Virus record (IMG/VR): IMGVR_UViG_3300046167_000227
Coordinates: 1 to 59,302 of that record
Source: a virus
Lineage: Duplodnaviria > Caudoviricetes
DNA: 59,302 nucleotides
Reading direction: 5' to 3' (one strand)
In this document: in pieces, positions 29,662-39,591 of the stretch
Position numbering within the stretch: the first letter of the stretch is position 1
Layout: the number at the start of each line of letters is the position of its first letter
The notes under the pieces: model-generated
What the model was told of the DNA's origin: nothing
What the model saw: only the letters and a program-made list of their open reading frames with translations
The model's database searches: none
Translations under genes and position numbers: made by a program

Positions 29662-30671
29662 CCAAAGCAGCAGAATTAGCAAAGATGGGTGAAGTCCTAA
29701 CCAATAGTCAGATTGGTGGGCGAAGGAATATTGCCATAAATGGTGCAATGCAAGTGGCACAGAGGAGTACGTCAGTTACAGGAATAGGTGCATCAAGTGG
29801 TTATTTTACTTTAGATAGATGGTATCTAGAAGCAGGAGATACAGCAGGTAGATTAACTATGACACAAACTGCTGATGGACCTGTTGGATTTGCTAACTGT
29901 ATGAAATTAGATTGCACAACTGCTGATACATCTATTGCAGCAGGTGAAATATTAATTTTACGACAGCATTTTGAAGGTCAAGATGTACAAGCAATAGGCA
30001 AAGGTGTTAGTGGAGCAAAACAAATCACACTTAGCTTTTATGTAAAAGCAAACGCTGTGTTTAATTTTGTTGCAGAACTACAAGACCAAGATAATGATAG
30101 AACAAATGGAAAATTATTTGCTACTACAACAGATTGGGTAAGACATGAGATAACATTTGAAGCAGATGCAGATGATGGCTCAAGTCCATTTGATGATGAT
30201 AACGCTAAGAGTCTTACAATAAATTTTTGGTTGCATGGTGGCTCTTCATTTACTAGTGGCACACTAGCTTCTGGTTGGGAAAATAAAACAAATGCTAACA
30301 GAGCAGATGGTATAAGTAGTTTTTACAGCAGTACAGATAATAACTTTTTTATAACTGGAGTACAACTAGAAGTAGGCTCACAAGCCACACCATTTGAGCA
30401 TAGGTCAGTTGGGGAAGAGTTTTTGTTGTGTTCAAGGTACTATTTCAAAAACTTAGCTCCTGTTTATACAACGCAATATGGGTCAAATGCTATTGCTACT
30501 GTAGAGTTTCCAGTTCCAATGAGAAACACACCTGCTTTGAGTGTTGTATCAGGTACTGCACCAACTTCTTTTGCTGGAAATAATGCTGTTCCTTATGCAT
30601 CTATGTATGTTTATCATCAAAGCAATACTGGTGATGCAATCGCTAATTATCAAGCAGATTCGGAGTTATAG
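29658..30671 (+). CDS. Receptor-binding / carbohydrate-binding tail protein
   Basis: RNIAINGAMQVAQR, DRW, TLSFYVK, GVQLEVGS.ATPFE, C.RYY, MR..P. Confidence 0.7.
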   Translation: MTKAAELAKMGEVLTNSQIGGRRNIAINGAMQVAQRSTSVTGIGASSGYFTLDRWYLEAGDTAGRLTMTQTADGPVGFANCMKLDCTTADTSIAAGEILILRQHFEGQDVQAIGKGVSGAKQITLSFYVKANAVFNFVAELQDQDNDRTNGKLFATTTDWVRHEITFEADADDGSSPFDDDNAKSLTINFWLHGGSSFTSGTLASGWENKTNANRADGISSFYSSTDNNFFITGVQLEVGSQATPFEHRSVGEEFLLCSRYYFKNLAPVYTTQYGSNAIATVEFPVPMRNTPALSVVSGTAPTSFAGNNAVPYASMYVYHQSNTGDAIANYQADSEL

Positions 30672-30673
30672 AT

Positions 30674-30838
30674 ATGGATATTGCATCAGCTAAATACAAC
30701 GAAGTTCTTGGTATTAGAAATATCAAGGCTATAATAGATGGCACGGAATGGTCTGTACCAATAGACCCTGCTAACAGACACTACCAAGCAATCCAAGAAT
30801 GGGTAGCTGAAGGCAACACAATAGCTGATGCAGACTAG
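30674..30838 (+). CDS. 54-aa putative fibre chaperone (not in ORF track)
   Basis: VPIDPANRHYQAIQEWVAEGNT motif. Confidence 0.6.
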   Translation: MDIASAKYNEVLGIRNIKAIIDGTEWSVPIDPANRHYQAIQEWVAEGNTIADAD

Positions 30839-30840
30839 GT

Positions 30841-31035
30841 ATGAAAATGAGTATGCAACCTGAACTAAAAGTACAACTAGAGCTTGATGCACACGAGAAA
30901 GAATGTGCTATCAGGTATCAGATGGTCAATGATAAACTAGAAGGTTTAGACAAAAGAATGTGGCGAATAGAAGCTATGTCTATGGTGGGAACTTTAGGTG
31001 TGGTAGCTTTGGTTGTCGCAATAGTAATGAAATAG
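30841..31035 (+). CDS. Small coiled-coil plus TM protein
   Basis: HEKECAIRY then C-terminal hydrophobic helix. Confidence 0.6.
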   Translation: MKMSMQPELKVQLELDAHEKECAIRYQMVNDKLEGLDKRMWRIEAMSMVGTLGVVALVVAIVMK

Positions 31036-31046
31036 GATAAGAATAC

Positions 31047-33023
31047 ATGGCAATGTTTAAAGGCTTTAAGCCACAGGGATTACAGAAGATAGCCACACGT
31101 ATGGGTTATGCAGGTAGTATGGAAAAGTTTGATGACTACTTGAAGCAGAACCCTGACAAAGAACGTGAGATGATTGTGTACAGAAGTAAGGCACAAGAGA
31201 TGGCTAAAGGTGGTGTAGTTAAATTGCAAACAGGTGGTGCTCCAACACAGTCTACCCCTTCTACTACACCTATACAACAAGCATACGTACCCACATTAGG
31301 TGAAGCAGAAGGACAAGTACCTGCCTATGGCACAGCTACTGACCCAAAGACTATAACAGATGCAAGTGCTACACTCGCACAGACAGGTGCAATACCTGTA
31401 GGTGCTGTAACACAGCCTGAACTAACACCTGTAATGCAAGAGCAAATCATTACTCCTACTACAGGACAACTAACAAGCACACCTGTAGCACCTACATATG
31501 GTGCAGAGACAGCACAGGCAAGTGCTCCAACAACTGTTACCTCAACTGCTATGACTGCTGACCAAGCTAGTGATGACGTACAAAATGCATTACAGGCTAA
31601 TACAGCAGCTCAGACCGATGCATCAGATACTAAGGCACAAGTTGTAGCAGCTCAACAGACAGCTACAAGTGTAGCCAATGTAACTGCCGCACAAGGTAGT
31701 GCAATCACATTAAACAATCCTACTACTAGACAAATACAAACAGGCGAGTTAATAGATGGTGTAGCTGATGCAGAGAAAGCTAAGGCATTTACTGAGCAGG
31801 TTGAAGCTGCCACATCTACTCCTAGTGAACAGGCAACTGTAGCAGGACAACTAGCTAGTTTAACTGCTAACTTTGATGCAACCAATCCACCTGCATGGGC
31901 AGCAGGAGCACTTAGAGGTGTTCAGGCTATGATGCAACAAAGAGGTATAGGTGCATCTAGTATGGCAGGACAGGCAATGGTTCAGGCAGCATTAGAGTCT
32001 GCACTTCCTATTGCTAATGCAGATGCTCAGACAGTAAGAACATTTGAATTACAAAACTTATCTAATAGACAACAGAGAGCCATGTTAGCGGCACAACAAC
32101 GTGCAACATTCTTAGGCTTAGAGTTTGACCAAGACTTTCAGGCAAGGGTACAGAACTCTGCTAAGATAGCTGACATAGCTAATAGAAACTTTACTGCTGA
32201 ACAGGCTATAGCATTAGAGAATAGTAGAACAGCTAATACAGTTAATCTAAACAACCTATCTAACAGACAAGGTGTAGTGATGGCTGAAGCATCGGCACTT
32301 GCACAGATGGATAGTGCTAACTTAAATGCTAGACAACAGGCAGCAGTACAAAATGCTAACAACTTCTTGCAGTTAGATATGGCTAACTTGACTAATGAAC
32401 AGCAGACTTCTCTATTTAATGCACAGGCAATCAATCAGTCGTTGTTAACAGACCAAGCTGCCGTAAATGCGGCAAGACAATTTAATGCTACATCAGATAA
32501 TCAGACAAATCAGTTTATGGCTAGTTTAGCAAATCAAGTATCTCAGTTTAACTCTACACAGACTAATGCACAGAATCAGTTTAATGCAGGTGAGTTAAAC
32601 ACACTATCAAGATTTAATGCAGAGGTAGCTAATCAACGTGACCAATTCAATGCACAGAATCAATTAGCTATTGCACAGAACAATGCAGTGTGGAGAAGAG
32701 AGATTGCTACAGCAGATACTGCAAGTATTAATCGTGCTAACGAATTAAATGCTAAAGCAGTACTAGACATATCTACACAACAATATGATAACTTATGGAC
32801 CTTTTATGCTGACACTATGGAGTGGGCATGGAAAAGTGCAGAGAATGAACAGGACAGAATTAAAGAACTTGCAGTAGCTAACATCAGTGCTGATGCTAGA
32901 ACAGAAGCACAGAGACTATCTGCTAGTGCTTCTGGGTCAACTGCCATAGGTAATTTAGTAGGACAACTAGGAGCTGCTTATATAGGCACATTAAATCCTG
33001 CTAAATCAATTTTAGGAGGTTAA
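31047..33023 (+). CDS. Internal virion (ejection) protein
   Basis: A/Q/N-rich with QFNA repeats; MAKGG and LQTGG near N-terminus. Confidence 0.65.
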   Translation: MAMFKGFKPQGLQKIATRMGYAGSMEKFDDYLKQNPDKEREMIVYRSKAQEMAKGGVVKLQTGGAPTQSTPSTTPIQQAYVPTLGEAEGQVPAYGTATDPKTITDASATLAQTGAIPVGAVTQPELTPVMQEQIITPTTGQLTSTPVAPTYGAETAQASAPTTVTSTAMTADQASDDVQNALQANTAAQTDASDTKAQVVAAQQTATSVANVTAAQGSAITLNNPTTRQIQTGELIDGVADAEKAKAFTEQVEAATSTPSEQATVAGQLASLTANFDATNPPAWAAGALRGVQAMMQQRGIGASSMAGQAMVQAALESALPIANADAQTVRTFELQNLSNRQQRAMLAAQQRATFLGLEFDQDFQARVQNSAKIADIANRNFTAEQAIALENSRTANTVNLNNLSNRQGVVMAEASALAQMDSANLNARQQAAVQNANNFLQLDMANLTNEQQTSLFNAQAINQSLLTDQAAVNAARQFNATSDNQTNQFMASLANQVSQFNSTQTNAQNQFNAGELNTLSRFNAEVANQRDQFNAQNQLAIAQNNAVWRREIATADTASINRANELNAKAVLDISTQQYDNLWTFYADTMEWAWKSAENEQDRIKELAVANISADARTEAQRLSASASGSTAIGNLVGQLGAAYIGTLNPAKSILGG

Positions 33024-33024
33024 T

Positions 33025-33249
33025 ATGTTTAATCCAGCATTTAGTATTTCACAGGAAGTTGATGCTTTTATAAAGCAAAGAAAGAATATAAAAAAACCTG
33101 TTGCTAAAAATAGTGGGTTGTTAAAAAGAAACTCTATGGGTATTGATACGCAAGACAGTGGTGCAAAACAACCTATAGAAACTATAGCAGACATAGTAGA
33201 ATCACTCAGAGCAGAGCAACAAAACATTAAGGAATTAAAAGATGCCTAA
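33025..33249 (+). CDS. Hypothetical protein
   Basis: AGGAGG RBS; 74 aa. Confidence 0.65.
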   Translation: MFNPAFSISQEVDAFIKQRKNIKKPVAKNSGLLKRNSMGIDTQDSGAKQPIETIADIVESLRAEQQNIKELKDA

Positions 33250-33751
33250 TAGAAATGAACCATTGATAGATGCTCCTATTCCGGGAATGTCAATGACACA
33301 CGAGTTAGGTGCTAGACCGTGGCAACAACCTGCAAAGTACACAACGGTTGAGGATGCTTCTAAGTATTATATTACTAGGATGCAAGATAAACAGTTTACA
33401 GAGACATTAGTAAATGTTTTAGAAATGGGTGTTCCTATAACAACATTAGCTAATACAATACAGCTATCTAGTGTTATGCAAGGTTTGCATAGCATAGATG
33501 TAGGAATGTTGGTATTACCTGTTATTATGGAGACCATAAAATTAGTTGCAGATAGTGCTGATATAGAGTATAATACAGGATTAGATGCCGATGATTCTGT
33601 CAAAATAGGTAGTAATACAAGTGATATTGACGTTACGATAGGTAAACTAAGTGATTTAGTTGACGATGATGAAGATGAATTACCTATGGATACGCAAGAA
33701 ACTGCTACAGAAGAGGAAGAACCTCAAATGGGATTAATGGCTAGGAGATAA
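33242..33751 (+). CDS. Hypothetical virion-module protein
   Basis: PIPGMSMT..G.RPW..P; ends GLMARR. Confidence 0.7.
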   Translation: MPNRNEPLIDAPIPGMSMTHELGARPWQQPAKYTTVEDASKYYITRMQDKQFTETLVNVLEMGVPITTLANTIQLSSVMQGLHSIDVGMLVLPVIMETIKLVADSADIEYNTGLDADDSVKIGSNTSDIDVTIGKLSDLVDDDEDELPMDTQETATEEEEPQMGLMARR

Positions 33752-33753
33752 GA

Positions 33754-34923
33754 TTGGGTTTATTTGGTAGTAATACTATGAGTTTTTTAGGTGGTGTAGC
33801 TGAAGGTGCATCTAAGGAAATAGCTCGTCAGCAATCTAGTATAGATGCTCTTATTAAAGATGCATCACAAGTTATAATGGCAGATAGATTGGCTACAAGA
33901 AAAAGAAGACAGACTAGAATGTCAGACTTAGGTGATAAATACAATGTATTGCGAAACAAAGGACTAAACAATTCGTCTATAAAAGTTGTATTAGAACAAG
34001 ATTTATATGATGATGTAATTAAAATATCAAAGAAACCCGGGATTACAAAAGACAAACTAAATAGTTTTGTTAGTGTTACAGGTGATACAGACGTTAATGT
34101 AGATAAATCTTCCTTACTTAATTATTTAACTAGAGATATTGTAGACACAGATTTATCAGGCATGAAATTTACAGGTGGTGGTGTAGATACTTTGGCTGCG
34201 TTAGGTTTGCGTAGACCTGTAGGAGAAACTATAAAGGCTAAAACTGATTTAGTTACACCTAAAAGAACTATAGAAGTAGATGATGACATTTCTAAAATAG
34301 GTGGTGGTTTTACTGCTAGTGCTCAAAGAGCTTTAGATACTAGAACTAAAATGTCAAGTGCTGCTTTCAATAGAAGTGCTGCGTCTGTTTTAGCTGACCA
34401 AGCTGGAATTAAGTTAGATTTTAAATATAATTCAAGTACAGGTGGTTTTGATATAGAAACAGACGAGGAAAAAGGAGAGAAAACAAATGAGATATTGCAA
34501 AGGGCATCTGAATTAACCAAGCAATATGATAAAATTGTATTTCAAGATTTTTCAATGGATGATACAGTGGCTTATGATTATTTACTTTTTCCTCAAGGTA
34601 AGTTAACTACAGTTGATACGTCAGATAGTAACCCTAAAAAAGGTGGGGATAAAACTAGTGACAGCAATAAAGTTGGAGACCTTTCTGAAAAACCAAAAAT
34701 AAAGGTAAAAGAAGAAAATGAAGAAGTTAAAGTTCCTACTTTGTTACAAGCTATTACAAGCGAACTAGAAAAAGGTTCTACAAAGTTTCCTCCTGATTTA
34801 AAACAAAATTATATTAAACGTAGAACTCAAGAACTAATTGATGAGGGTAAAGATGTGTTAGATGCTCGTAGTATAGCACAAGCTGAAGTAAGAAAAGTTA
34901 TAAAAGAAAGTGGTCTTCAATAA
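33754..34923 (+). CDS. Internal virion protein (probable)
   Basis: FLGGVAEG N-terminus; position among ejection proteins. Confidence 0.55.
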   Translation: MGLFGSNTMSFLGGVAEGASKEIARQQSSIDALIKDASQVIMADRLATRKRRQTRMSDLGDKYNVLRNKGLNNSSIKVVLEQDLYDDVIKISKKPGITKDKLNSFVSVTGDTDVNVDKSSLLNYLTRDIVDTDLSGMKFTGGGVDTLAALGLRRPVGETIKAKTDLVTPKRTIEVDDDISKIGGGFTASAQRALDTRTKMSSAAFNRSAASVLADQAGIKLDFKYNSSTGGFDIETDEEKGEKTNEILQRASELTKQYDKIVFQDFSMDDTVAYDYLLFPQGKLTTVDTSDSNPKKGGDKTSDSNKVGDLSEKPKIKVKEENEEVKVPTLLQAITSELEKGSTKFPPDLKQNYIKRRTQELIDEGKDVLDARSIAQAEVRKVIKESGLQ

Positions 34924-37900
34924 TGTATAAAGATTATAATTTTTATGATAGCAATGATATGAATAAAGAGGTCTTGACAAAAGACCTTTCTTTTCTTGAG
35001 GATGCTGCTACTCTTTTAGAGGAACGAGCAGGTTTTAATGATGATGAATTAGATACCCCTGAAAAGATATATGAAACTTACATGGAACACTTTCGTATTT
35101 CAGATGTTAATGAGGTTACAGCAGTAAAAGACTTACGTCATGTAATGACAGGCACAACTGAACAAAAAGCTAGATATGGTAGATTATTAGATTTATATGA
35201 AAGGTCTGAAGGAGAGAGTTTCTTTGAGGATGTGGATACAGGTGTAAGGAAACTAGGCGATTATGCACAAGGTCTTGCAACTGCACCTTCTACTATTGCT
35301 AGTGTTTTTACAGGTGGATTTAGTAAGATTGCTGCACAAGGAGGTGTACAAGCTAGTAAATTAGGCATTAAAAAAATACTAAAAGAAGTTATGAAAGCAG
35401 GTGCTAAAGGTGCTGCTATTGAAGGTGGAATTGGTTTAGGTCAAGGTGTTGTAAAAGAAAGCACTAGAGTTGCTTCAGGCATAAAAGGAGAGAAGGGTTT
35501 TGAGATTGAAAGACCTTTAACTGAAACAGCACTTGCAGCTACAGGTGGATTTTTACTTACAGGTATTGCTAGAGCTGCTACATTACCTTCAGAGTTAAAA
35601 ACATTAAAGTTAGAAGAAAGAGCATCATCTGCTATAAAACTTCGTGAAGCAAAAGCTAAAGCTAAAACAGATGAGGTTTTAAAGAGTGCAGATAAAGATA
35701 CTATAAGTAAGATAGATGAAAATTTAGTAGAAGTAACTAAGCCAAAAAAGGGAGACATTGATGTTGATAAAGCACCTCTTGACCCTAAAAAAGTAGCAGA
35801 AGGAATACAATTAAAAAAGGATAAATCTACTTCTGAAACTATGACATCTACCTTGTCAGAAGAAGTTAGAAATAATATTACTGCGGCAGTATTGCGTGTT
35901 GGTAAAGATGTAGTTAATCAAAAGCCGGGAGAAAGAATAACAGCAGCTATATACAGAGCTATTGTTAGAGGAGATGTTCCTATAGATAATATAACTAAAG
36001 TATTAGATGAGCACAATATAACTTTAGACCAATTCTCTCTAATATATAAAGCTGACGTATCAGAAGCAGGTAGGTTACTTGGGCAAAAGGGTTTAATTAG
36101 CAGAACATTTGGTGGTAAAGCTAGTAAAAAAGACAAGCAAGCTGTTAAAGATTTACTAGACCAAGTTGATGGTTTAGATAAAGCAGGTGTATCTAAAGTA
36201 TCTGCTAAAGAAACAGCAGAAACGTTAAAAGAAAATCCATTGTTATTAGGATGGAGATTGTTTCAAGATATAGACCAAGCTAGAATATCATTTATGACGG
36301 TTCAACCTAAAACAGCAGGTAGAAATACAGCTAACGGTGGTTTTAGAGTAATGACAGATGCTATGACTCGTGCTATGGACAATGTAATATATAATACAGG
36401 TCAGCTTAGATACGGTCTAAAAGGCAATTACAGAATTAATCCTTTTGATGGAACTTATGATGTAGCCAAATTTATGTTTAATCCATATGAAGGTGACTTA
36501 ATAAAAAAAGTATTCTCAGAATCTTTTCCAAATGAATCTCGTAGATTGTTTTTTAAAAATGCTGACATTGAAGCTAGGGCAGGTGGAGATGGTATACTAA
36601 CTACTATAGGTAGAAAGTTAAACTTTTTAAATACAGCATCTGATAATATATTTAAACGTGCAGTATTAGGTGCATCTTTAAAACGAAGCATAAAAGATGC
36701 AAACATTCCTATATCTGCTGATGCTAAGAAAACAATTATACAACAGAGAGTTGCACAAATACTAGGACCTGATTATAGAACATCTCCAGATTACACAAAG
36801 ACAGTTACTGCTGTTACAAAACAAGTTAATAAACAAAAGAATCATACTATATTTACAGCCTACGAATCAGGTGAATTTTCTAAGATAGCAACAGATGATA
36901 TGTTTACAAAGGCAACTAAAGATGCTTATGATTTTGCTTATCAAACTCAATTTAAGGAGTATGGTAAACTTGGTTCTGATGCAGCTAGAGGATTAATAAC
37001 AGCAGTTAGAAAAATACCTTTTCTTTTATCTAGTGCTATACCTTTTCCTAAATTTGTGGCATCACAATTAAAGTTTATATATCAACACGCACCTGTCATA
37101 GGCATGATACCATTAGAAAAAATACCTAATCCACTAAGTCCAATTAAAGCTAAAAAAGTTAGATATGATTTTAAAGACAGGCTTTCAAAAACTCTTACTG
37201 GTGGTGTCTTAACATCCGTAGCATATGCATGGAGAGCTAGACAAGGTGATACAAACCATTGGTATGAGTATAAAAATAATGAAGGCAAATTAGTAGATGG
37301 AAGACCTTTATATGGTCCTTTCTCTATGTTTATGTTATATGCTGATTTAATTTACAGATACAAAAGAGACCAATTACCTACTAAGAGTTGGGGAAGGTAT
37401 GCTAAAGATGTATTACAAGCAGTAGCAGGTTCTACATTTAGAACAGGTTTAGGCTTATACACATTAGATAAACTACTAACTGATTTAAGTAACACAGAGG
37501 GTGAAGGTAGTGAAGTCAAAGACAGAATTGTTGGAGAGGTTGTTGGTAATCTAGTTAAGACAGTTACTATACCTATTGCTCCATTTAGAGATTTGTATGC
37601 TCAATTTGATATTAAGTCTTCATACGTACCTGAAAGTAGGACAGGAGAGACTAATCTATTTGATATTATTGATGCTAGAGGAACATCTAACTTAATTGAT
37701 TTCGGTGAAGATACTCCGTTTATAGGCAAGGAAGGTTTTGCTAGTATACCATCTTTAGCTAGTAAGTTAAATTTAGAGTATGATAAACCTGCACGTTCTG
37801 CATTTCAAACAGGACCTATAATAGCACAAGACCCTCTTGTTAGTCAGATAACTACAGAAACTACTAGACCTGCTAAAAATGCATATCAGCAAGAATTAGG

Positions 37901-38402
37901 TCGTTTAAATATGCAAAACTTTCAAATATATAAAAGACATCCTAACGAAAAAGTAGATAGATTAACACGTTTTTATCTAAGTGAAGAAGGAAGTGATACT
38001 AATTTAAATGAGGTTATGGCTAGGGTAATAAGAAAAGACCAATATAAACAAATGTCTTATAAAGAAAAAAGAGAAGCTATTTATGTTGATTCAATGAAAA
38101 TTATAGGTAGAGCTAGAAAAAAAGCACTAGGAGAAATAAAAACTGTGGAGGGTTCAAAGGCAGGTGCTAAGTACACTACTATTGACTCTCAAAAGTGGCA
38201 ATCTCTAAATCAAAGAACCAAAGAAGCCGTCAATGAATTATTAAAAAGAGAATTACCTAAATATTCTTTTAATGATTTTACTAGTGTTAACGCAGATAAA
38301 GATAGAATGGTTAGAATAAGAGACAAAGAAATAAGTATATTAAATTTAGCAATAAAAGCAATACCTAAAGTAAGGAAAGGAATTATAAGTGGAACTAGAT
38401 AA
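34923..38402 (+). CDS. Large internal virion protein
   Basis: 1159 aa, helical, IPFPKF motif; podovirus gp16-like position. Confidence 0.65.
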   Translation: MYKDYNFYDSNDMNKEVLTKDLSFLEDAATLLEERAGFNDDELDTPEKIYETYMEHFRISDVNEVTAVKDLRHVMTGTTEQKARYGRLLDLYERSEGESFFEDVDTGVRKLGDYAQGLATAPSTIASVFTGGFSKIAAQGGVQASKLGIKKILKEVMKAGAKGAAIEGGIGLGQGVVKESTRVASGIKGEKGFEIERPLTETALAATGGFLLTGIARAATLPSELKTLKLEERASSAIKLREAKAKAKTDEVLKSADKDTISKIDENLVEVTKPKKGDIDVDKAPLDPKKVAEGIQLKKDKSTSETMTSTLSEEVRNNITAAVLRVGKDVVNQKPGERITAAIYRAIVRGDVPIDNITKVLDEHNITLDQFSLIYKADVSEAGRLLGQKGLISRTFGGKASKKDKQAVKDLLDQVDGLDKAGVSKVSAKETAETLKENPLLLGWRLFQDIDQARISFMTVQPKTAGRNTANGGFRVMTDAMTRAMDNVIYNTGQLRYGLKGNYRINPFDGTYDVAKFMFNPYEGDLIKKVFSESFPNESRRLFFKNADIEARAGGDGILTTIGRKLNFLNTASDNIFKRAVLGASLKRSIKDANIPISADAKKTIIQQRVAQILGPDYRTSPDYTKTVTAVTKQVNKQKNHTIFTAYESGEFSKIATDDMFTKATKDAYDFAYQTQFKEYGKLGSDAARGLITAVRKIPFLLSSAIPFPKFVASQLKFIYQHAPVIGMIPLEKIPNPLSPIKAKKVRYDFKDRLSKTLTGGVLTSVAYAWRARQGDTNHWYEYKNNEGKLVDGRPLYGPFSMFMLYADLIYRYKRDQLPTKSWGRYAKDVLQAVAGSTFRTGLGLYTLDKLLTDLSNTEGEGSEVKDRIVGEVVGNLVKTVTIPIAPFRDLYAQFDIKSSYVPESRTGETNLFDIIDARGTSNLIDFGEDTPFIGKEGFASIPSLASKLNLEYDKPARSAFQTGPIIAQDPLVSQITTETTRPAKNAYQQELGRLNMQNFQIYKRHPNEKVDRLTRFYLSEEGSDTNLNEVMARVIRKDQYKQMSYKEKREAIYVDSMKIIGRARKKALGEIKTVEGSKAGAKYTTIDSQKWQSLNQRTKEAVNELLKRELPKYSFNDFTSVNADKDRMVRIRDKEISILNLAIKAIPKVRKGIISGTR

Positions 38403-39591
38403 CGAAACTTTAAAACAAATTTCTGAAATAGATGACAGAATAGACAATCAGACATCTCCTAAATATAAAAGTGTAGGTGAGGCGTTAGAAGGTATAGGAA
38501 CAACGGTAGCAGGTATGGCTTCAGGTGCTGTTAGTGCTACATTAGGACTACCAACAGATGTTGTTGCTGCAGGAGTAGGTATAAAAGATGCTATATTTGC
38601 AGATGACGGTGAAAGAATGGATGCTTTTAGTAAGGGATTTACTGAAGTGTCTAAAGAAAACATGGGTTCAGAATACTATAAAGAAAACTTTAGTACCTTA
38701 CTAGATTCTTTAATTGATAATCCTGTGTTAAAGGAAGATGCTAAATCAGGTTTTAGTGCAGGTGAGTTTGCTGGTGTTGGTGGAGTTGTTGCTAAAGCAC
38801 CTAAGATAGCTAAAAATGTTATTGCACAAAAAGAAACAGCAAGAGAAATATTATCATCTATAGGACTATCCTCTAAAGCTATGAAAAATATAAATGTTGA
38901 TAATATGAGTATTGATGGTGCAGTAAATTTAGCTAAAAAGTTAAAGGTAGCTAGAGCTAAACTGTATGGTACAGATGAACAAGGTAATGTAGGTAATGCT
39001 GTAATGGCTATGACTGCTAAACGTGAACCATCTCCTGTGAAACAAATGACTGAAGCAGACCAAATGATTTCTGTGTTCCCAAAACCTGAAAGAATGTTTC
39101 CTAAAGGTGAAGCACCTAAAGGTGGTGACTATTTAAATCCTAAGACAGGAGATATATTAACCGATAGAAACGTATCTTCTGCAAACATAAAGATTAACCC
39201 AAATGGTAAACCTTCATTTAATGTTTCAAATGATAACGTGGATAATGTTGGAACTTTAGGTAAAGGGAACTCTCAAATAAAGACTAATTTATTTAAAAAG
39301 AAAGCAGGTTGGAAGTGGACAGATACTCCATCAGGAATGGATAATGTGGAAACATTAGTATCTGTCACACATAAAGGTAAACATTTTTACACAATAGAAA
39401 CTGATTTTACCAAAGGTGTTAATCTGAAGAAATATCCTAATCAGAAAACAGAACCAAAACTAAGACCAACTGTTGTGGGTCAGATAGAATTGGGAGAACC
39501 TATTGGTGAAATATCAGTAAGAGGTAATCCACATAAAGTGTATAATAAAATTAAAACATTCAATAGAGGTGGATTAATGGCACGTACTTAA
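38389..39591 (+). CDS. Putative injected protein with unknown C-terminal domain
   Basis: Last plus-strand gene; ends FNRGGLMART. Confidence 0.55.
   Translation: MELDNETLKQISEIDDRIDNQTSPKYKSVGEALEGIGTTVAGMASGAVSATLGLPTDVVAAGVGIKDAIFADDGERMDAFSKGFTEVSKENMGSEYYKENFSTLLDSLIDNPVLKEDAKSGFSAGEFAGVGGVVAKAPKIAKNVIAQKETAREILSSIGLSSKAMKNINVDNMSIDGAVNLAKKLKVARAKLYGTDEQGNVGNAVMAMTAKREPSPVKQMTEADQMISVFPKPERMFPKGEAPKGGDYLNPKTGDILTDRNVSSANIKINPNGKPSFNVSNDNVDNVGTLGKGNSQIKTNLFKKKAGWKWTDTPSGMDNVETLVSVTHKGKHFYTIETDFTKGVNLKKYPNQKTEPKLRPTVVGQIELGEPIGEISVRGNPHKVYNKIKTFNRGGLMART

Noticed and set aside
24409-30838. Diversity-generating retroelement or invertase shufflon acting on tail modules
   Set aside because: No reverse transcriptase, no TR/VR pair differing only at adenines, all modules on one strand and no adjacent invertase.
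4287-38663. Many antisense ORFs in the track (for example 4770..5090, 22001..22456, 35441..35758)
   Set aside because: Shadow frames of well-supported coupled genes, lacking RBS or motifs.
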